From Perkinsus olseni (taxonomy: Eukaryota): a stretch of DNA of 64,000 bases. The notes under the pieces are model-generated. The model did no database searches. It had not been told where the DNA came from and saw only the letters and a list, made by a program, of their open reading frames with translations. This document shows positions 56,785 through 64,000 of this stretch, in pieces. Every line of letters begins with the position of its first letter. Positions within the stretch are counted from its first letter, which is position 1. The stretch is from assembly GCA_013115125.1 (NCBI GenBank), contig JABANN010000032.1, forward strand, positions 1-64,000, given 5' to 3'. A program made the translations under genes and the position numbers.

Positions 56785-59700
56785 TCACGCGTCGTTTACC
56801 AGTGGGAGAAGCGGACTAATTCCGGCCTCCGTCAAAACCGTTTCATTAGCAATGCAAACCTGAGAACATGAACGATAACTCACAGTCTGACAGACACCGA
56901 AACCCCACCTCAGCCGACGACTCAGTCTCGCAGATGCGCTGCCCGATCTTCTGTATGCCTTCTCGAGTAGCCTCAAGGATGCCCACTCGGCGGGCTTGAC
57001 GCTCCTCAGGGGACTCGCCGGCCAACCAGCGAGTGAGCGATACTCTCAAAACCTATGACTTTACATACGGTAATGGCAGCCGACCACAGTCGTACCTCAT
57101 CAGGCATGAGATGACCTATTTCGAGCTGCCCTATGACGCCGACTGCTGCTTGATCGACCGTACTAGGGTCGAGGGAGGAGGGATCCTGCAGCCACTTGCC
57201 AGCCTGAATCGATCAACTCTCCCCAACTAACGTGCACGCAGCGAGGGCTCACATCACGCATGACCTCCAGGGACCTCCGCACATGAGGGTCTCGGTAGGT
57301 GGTCATACCGAATGTCTTGCTACGGTGATTAAATTGGCAGGACGCACCATAGGCCCCTCCCTACATCGAGGAATACATAGATGAGCTGCACGGCCGAAGC
57401 AGCTACACCTACTTGCATACGGATCTGCTGCCACATGTAGTTCATGCTCACCAACTGGGCCGCCACGATGGCAGTACCAACGTCAGTGTCCTCGGGGACT
57501 GTCAGGGCCCTGGAGTTGTATCCTATCTGAAACACCGTCGACTGCTACGGATCAGTGAAAGGCGGTATTCCCGTCTGAAGTTCGGCAGGAGACCATATTC
57601 CACTAAGGTGAGGACAAAACGAGGAGAGTGACGGAGTGACTTCTCCACTTAACTACGCGTGGGGTGCCGTGCTGATGCTCTACAGAGCCCCCCCCTCCTG
57701 CAGCCGGCTCACCTGCACCGACGGTGCTGCTATTCCATAAAAGCCACCGGGGATACACAGGGACTCGGCCGATATCATCAAGGGGCTCGCCGTCCGAGCA
57801 GATCCTATGCACAAGAAGAACTTCACCAACAGCAAACGGCGACGCAACCCACCAGGGACTGCCAGACGCTCTCTAAAAGCCTCCCAAGTCTCCCTGGAAG
57901 GCTCAGGTCCAGCGGCGCTGACTATGCTGAACGTGGACCTGACCGGAGATGCCGCAATGTCTATGCGCACTCAGTGACACCTTGGCAAGAAACTGCCACG
58001 GTAACGCAAAGCCCTGTCACCGCCATGCGCCACTCGAGCATCAACCAGGGACCTCATCACTCACGCTCAATTTTAACAGACTCTGCAAGCTCCCCATCAA
58101 CCCTTATATAATGCCCAACTGTCAGCGATCGAGCACGATAACGGATTCAGGACTCTTCATACCCAGATTCTCGTCGCTTACGGTGACCCAGTCTCACCGA
58201 TTCATTGCATGGTCGGCCGTTGCCTTCAGCGCCTTTGCCGCCTCCTCCCAGGTATCATCCGACCTCAACAGCCCGCGCAATCTCAACAGCTCACGGTAGT
58301 GGGGCAGGCCTGTGAAGGGCAATCATGGAAATGCCACGACGCAGATGACACCCACCACTCTGCGCATAGTCCCGTCTATTGGCGTCGTGAACCCGACCTT
58401 CAGCGGGCAAGGAGGCGTAGGCAGCACTGAGTGCCAACTGATGGCCAGCTCCTATCTGGGAACAAACACAGGAGTTGAGCAGATGGCGAAGAGCGAGGAA
58501 CTTTGAGTCGTCCACGTCAGGACATATCGGGAGCGACCAAACGAAAGACTTGGGTGAAGTGCCGAGCCGCCTACCAGCATTGACTGTTCCCAGCTGCTGC
58601 ACATCTGATCAACCACCTCTACGAGCCTTTGCCGGTTACCAAGCCAGTCGCAGCTGTTCACGATGTCGGCTGACATGGAGGCGGGACTATCGATCAATCA
58701 ACAATAACCACGGTAGGAGGGCTATGACAACAGCACGCTCTCCTAAGAGTCTTGACACTCCGAGGGTTACTCCGAGCCTCTACTACACATCAAACCAGCC
58801 AAGGTGTCCGTCTTCTCCAGTAGGCAGCGGCCCCTCACAACGACAGCAGTTCGGCCGCCCTCCGTCGCAGCGACATTAACGATGCCACCCTACAACCGTA
58901 TGAATCACAAGAGATCATCCAACTTGGGAAGCAACGAGGCCACACCGACTTACCGCCAACCCGCCAGTGTTGGTTTCAATTCTCCTGTGGAGCTCCTGGA
59001 CCGAGTCCCCCTCCTGAAGGCCCAACTCGGTGAGCGCTTTCATAACCACAGGCAGCCGAGTCTGAGGAAAAAGACCAAAACTCACGAAGGGGTCAGTGCA
59101 GGAGGAGCCAGCATGACCGCACTCCCTCCCACCTGATCCTCCACACTCAGGGTCGTCGCATCAAACACCGCATCAGCGTAGACCAGCCCCTGCGTCCGAA
59201 CCTCCGGGTGCCAGAGGACATCCCCGGACTCATCGCTATGGATCTCGTTCTCTTCCCGGGGCATGTCAGCTTTCCTCAGCATCGGTATCCGACCGATATC
59301 CTCCGGAATATCCTCGCTATTCTGCCATGCCATCATCCTCTTAGTCTGGTCAGCTAGCTCCTCGCCACCCTCCTGCCGGACCTCCTCCATCAGCTCCCTC
59401 TCCCTCTGCCGAAGCCTCTCACCCTTGCCTTCCTCGGGGCTCGTCACGACAGTCACACAATGCTTGTTCTTCAGCACACTATCGATGATATCTTCAAAAA
59501 CAGGCTTGCCGGCAGCCAAGTCGTTCTTCAGCCGTCGTAGTGGGGCCTCGAATCGCATCACCTCGCTCACGTCGTGATTGCTCCCGTTATACAAACTCTC
59601 CGGGGCGACCGTCAGAAACCACGCCACACCTCTGGGCAGCCTGCCGGTGTTGAACTCTCTCAGTTTGAACTCGACAGAATTCACGGCGGCCTGGACGTCC

Positions 59701-61304
59701 AGCGCGTCCACTCCAGCATCCCGTATCTCCTGCAGGCTCCTCGTTACCAGCTCCCCAATTTTCTCCTCATCATCCGTTTTAACGTCCTTCAACCCGACGC
59801 TGAAGATGGCCTGACGAAGATCGTCCTGCGTGCCGCTACCTATCGCCAGAGACTTCCCCAGGCCTGAATCTAGCAGCTTCCGTGCCAGTGGTGAGCTCGT
59901 CCGTCCGAGCATGAGGGAGTCGAACACCGCGTATCTGATGCGGTCATCCGAGGTCAGCCTTTCATCGTTGAGTAACCAGGATACGGACACCTGGGACTTG
60001 CTGTCAAAATCGGGCATCTTGGGGTCGTAGTCGAACGTCACACGATGAGGAGGCTGCCCAGTGAGGTCCCTCAACGGCTGCATGTACTTCTCTTTACTAT
60101 CAAACTCAAGAGCGTCCACAGGCCTCTCATACCCAGCCAACTTCCCCGCCAGCCACGCAGCTTGCTCGTCGATATCGCCATCACCGTAAAACCAAAAGAC
60201 AGCTCGGCCCGGATGATAGTGAGTCTTATAAAAGGACACCAGTCGGTTTTGACTGAGCTCTTTGGGTATGTACTGTGGATCACCGCCACTATCGAACCGG
60301 TAACAATTGTCGGGGTTCAGCGCGCGACTCATCATCCTGTAGTGCAGCATGTCAGCACTTGAATACACGCCCTTCATCTCGTTATAGACCACCCCCTGCA
60401 GCGTCGGGCTCTCTCCCTCGGCCCCTCCCGGCTGGACTCGCCACCCTTCCTGTCTGATGATGTAATCATCATCGACAACCTTGGGATGCAACAGCGAGTC
60501 TATGTAAACCTCTGCCAAGTTATACAGGTCCTGTGAGTTACAAGATGCAACCGGATAGCAGGTTCGGTCCGGGTAAGTAAGTGCATTCAGAAAAGTCTGA
60601 TGGCTCGATTGGAGCAGCGTCGCGAAGGGGTCCTTAGTGGGATAGGAGCGGCTGCCACACAGCACAGAATGCTCAAGCACATGAGCCACACCGGAGTTGT
60701 CCTCGGGAGGTGTGGGGAAGGCCGCCCCGAAGGACTTGTTGGCGTCCGAGTTACTGAGGGCTATGAGCCGGGCACCGGACTGGTCATGCTCCAAGACGAA
60801 GAGTCGTGCCGAGATGTCCGGTACCGTTGAGGATTGCACCACAGTGAAACCGTGGATGTGATCCCCTACTTCAAGACGCGCCGGACTGTTTTTACCCGAG
60901 CTAAACCGTCTGTATGTGGCAGACCGGCCCAGACATGGTGCACTTGTGGTGACTTCATGAGCCATGGTCGGGCGAACTGAATTGAGTCCGGTCCGCGGCA
61001 GGGCGGAGGATGCGCGGCGAACGGCGGCGAGGAGGCAGCGATGGTGGGCCCTCTTGGCCGCCCTTGAAACTCCGATCATGAGGAAAGGAATCAATGCCAC
61101 TGCTGTTAAGGTAGTGTAACCTCGAGAAGTGCTCCGGGCAGGAATCGAACCCTGAACCTCTCGCATGACACCCTGCCCTCTCAAACGGGTTGCCCTAGAT
61201 GGACTGGGAGACAGGAAAAGCCCCATACTACCCACCAGCGCATACACTCCGACGATGAGCACTACCAAGCCTCTCCAACGCTGACGGAGCGCTGCCCTCC
61301 TCAT
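56785..61304 (-). CDS. M16C presequence protease (PreP/Cym1/falcilysin family) with long N-terminal leader
   Basis: HVLEHSVLCGS inverted zincin motif, LNALTYPDRTCYP, GVVYNEMKG, SGGDP, C-terminal QIRMQGGAYG and YRDP. Confidence 0.92.
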
Positions 61305-61956
61305 TACACAGAGGCTCGCAACGACAACTATCAGCAGCAGCGAGACCAGCCACGATGATGATGACACTCAACCCAACACAAACCCACCATCTAATATAAA
61401 TGGAAATTCGAAAGAGAAACGAATCCCTCCAAGTTCAACCTGCCCCTTTAAATGAGGCAGGCATCAATCTCGGAGAGGTAGTACTAGTAGTGGTAGTAGT
61501 CGTAATAGTTCATCATAGAGGCGACACTGGTAGCGGGGATAGTAGTAGAACGCTTAGGGAATGACACGACGAATAATGTCGCGAATCCTCACTATTCTTC
61601 AGCAACTACTGAATCACCAGAAACCAGCCTCTTTGGTAGGGACAGCCATCGATCGCCACGGCGCCTCGCGAGCTGACTGCTGGGCTCTGGGTCTCGAAGG
61701 AGAAGAGGCTCCCTACAGTAGTAACACTAATACCAACACATCCGCAAGAAGCCACGGCCACTCACCCCAGGAGTCCCCTCGCCCATCGGGGATCGGCCAT
61801 TCGCGTCTTCCCCTTCCTTCTTAGTCCTGTCAGCAGCAGCTCCAATGCCCTCAACCTCCCGCATGGTCTTCAGCTCCTCAGGAGGCTCCTCTCTGACGGT
61901 TCGGAATCGTAGCATCTCCAGCAGACCATAGCTGCGACCTGACCACACCGACCACA

Positions 61957-62900
61957 TCACGGAGCTGACGAGCTGGCCACACTACCTTCCTGGTCGAAAT
62001 GGGTCTGGGCGTCGGTGTACTCCCTCTTCTCCCCTGTACGGAAAAGGGTGCTAGGCGTGACGGGCTCTCGACTGCTCTGCTGTCTGTGGGGTCCCGCGGC
62101 CCATGGCAGCTCTTCCGCAGTGGTGCCTCTACGCCATGGCGGAAGCGCCGTTCCAGTGGTCTGCGACTGAACAGGGAAAACCTCAAGGGCACCAATCGTC
62201 AAGAGCCAGCTCACCCCAGCCCGAGCCGGCGGGGCCCTCTGCTTGACCGTGATAGTCTCTCGAGGAGCCGTGATGAGCATGGGCTTGTCCAGCTCCTGCA
62301 GGTACACGTCCTCGTGCTTGTGGTCTTGGTTCGCCAGGCTGGACTGCGGGGTGACGTCCAACTGAACGAGTTACGATCAAAATGATACCCATGAGCTTCG
62401 CTCCGCTCTCCTACATCCTTTATTTCCTTCACTCCCTGCGTTGTCCAATCGCTATCAAGCGTATCCTTATTCCTGCGCAAGGCGGCCCTCACCACGTCGA
62501 TGGCCCGATACGTCCCCACTGGCGACTGGCCGGGTAGGCCGCCAGAGCGGCCACAGACGATCACACCTGCACCACGGACCGCTGCGCAGGCTTCAGCTGA
62601 CGAAAGATACTCCCCTACCCGCAGCAAGCCTTTCACGATTCTCCTGACCCTCGATCTGGACGTCACCAATTACAAGTCCCACATAGTTGGTACATAGCAT
62701 GACATGGGTGATACGAACCTGGCCCCGTGATTTCGCGAAAAGTTGGTATGAACGCATGCACATGTCATCATTACCTCGCAATTATCAGTATCCATAGAAG
62801 CAGGCATGGGCGTTGGGAGCACCTTCGATCCTCGAGAATCCAACGGGCGGAATACTAGCAGCTGGTCACACCTGCAGACCGACCATGCCGCTACCATTCC
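61957..62900 (-). CDS. Hypothetical spliced protein (boundaries uncertain)
   Basis: Consecutive short exon-like segments (LCTNYVGLVIGDVQIEG; GTYRAIDVVRAALRRNKD; DVYLQELDKPMLIT). Confidence 0.3.
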
Positions 62901-64000
62901 CACGGGAGGGACTACACGCGACGAGACACGGCGATTGAACCCCCGGCGGAGCTAGTTGAAAAGAAACCTTTCACGGTGTCTCCGTCATGGCAGGAAAAAT
63001 CGTCACGCACGGTTGTGAGCCCTTTCTGAATGTGGAAAATTAGTATTCCTATTCACTGCCCTCCGCTACCCACTTCTTCTATTGTTACATTGCGCACTAC
63101 AATGCTGCATCACAACACACTCTGCGAATACCGAAGCGCTCCTCGAGGAATGCTCACCAATTCCAGGTGGGCGCCGCCCCTTCGCCCTCCGTCTCCAGAC
63201 GTTTCTTCCAGCTGGTCGTGTCAACGTGAATATCATATTGTCTGCAACAAGCACGCTTCGACCTTGGATACGTCTGAAGCCTACCTAGAAAGCCTCTGTA
63301 AAAAGTGTTTCATCGAAGTTATGCACTGCTGCTTGGCAGTGTTCGAACGGCTGGCGGAAATGACAGATAACTGTCGATCGATGATCTGCCACAAACAACA
63401 ACGACACCATCACACTTCCACACGACCAACCAGCCCCGCCCACCTGTTGCTGCTGCTGCTGCTGTTGCTGGATATTACGTTGGGAATTGTCACCGCCGCT
63501 TTCCGCCTGAAATGGAGCTACATCGACAAGCGAAGAGAAATTAACAGAAATTAACGTGACCGCAGAAAAAAGCTAAAAAACCATTTTCCTCTACGAGAAG
63601 TGAGGGTTGCTGCGCGAAACTCACACCAATCGAAAGCTCTAGAAATTTATGATTCCGGTCTTTATGGGTCCGGTCGCGCTCCAATATTCAAACTTTCAAC
63701 GCACGCGATCAGCTGTAGAGACTCTCTTTGACCGGATGGTGAGCATAAGGTAGACCACTACACTACTCTCACCCGAAACTAAAAGAGCGCTAACTCAATT
63801 CCAGCGCCCCGTTCGAGGTTTTAACGGCCATAACTTGTTCAGTTCGGTTGGTTCCAAATGGAGGTGTTCGAGAGCAAGTTGGGAGAAAGCAACGTAGTTT
63901 TTACGAGAAAATCGAGAAACACAACTTCGAAGTAGTCTGGGAGAGCCCTTACAGGACATTTCAGTAAACGTAAGCCACGAACTGCGGATTAGAGAGCCAC

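Noticed and set aside
63030..63554. 174-aa ORF with a poly-Leu tract
   Set aside because: Starts at GTG, the Leu run derives from a CTG microsatellite, and no family motif is present

Overview
Gene-dense eukaryotic DNA with many short GT-AG introns and some GC-AG introns. There is no prokaryotic, CRISPR or rRNA signal. Intron style and gene content suggest an alveolate, most plausibly Perkinsus or a related perkinsozoan; this is inference, not a database result. Recognisable genes, assembled by hand across introns: eIF3d, three Dabb-family stress A/B-barrel paralogs, an AspH-like 2OG-Fe(II) dioxygenase, an intronless BLTP2/Hobbit/FMP27 lipid-bridge protein, a Ser/Thr kinase, eIF4E, an ART/PARP-like plus B-box protein, an S10 serine carboxypeptidase with an in-frame stop, two NIPA-type Mg2+ transporters, a HAD_SAK protein, a divergent TBP/TLF-like protein with polyQ, mitoribosomal bL25 and mL49, a degenerate SpoU methyltransferase, a CLK/LAMMER kinase, a C69 dipeptidase, an ankyrin-repeat protein, RPAIN and an M16C presequence protease. 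Most notable: (1) a tightly packed co-directional SpoU-like/mL49/bL25/TLF-like run that looks operon-like; (2) the TBP-like factor itself; (3) a PreP with a dinoflagellate class-I-type plastid leader; (4) a kinase ORF separated from the BLTP2 ORF by one in-frame TGA; (5) non-coding oddities: a 53-bp palindrome, an internally deleted tRNA, a templated-insertion scar and a duplicated terminal exon. Exon boundaries are manual and some gene ends are approximate.
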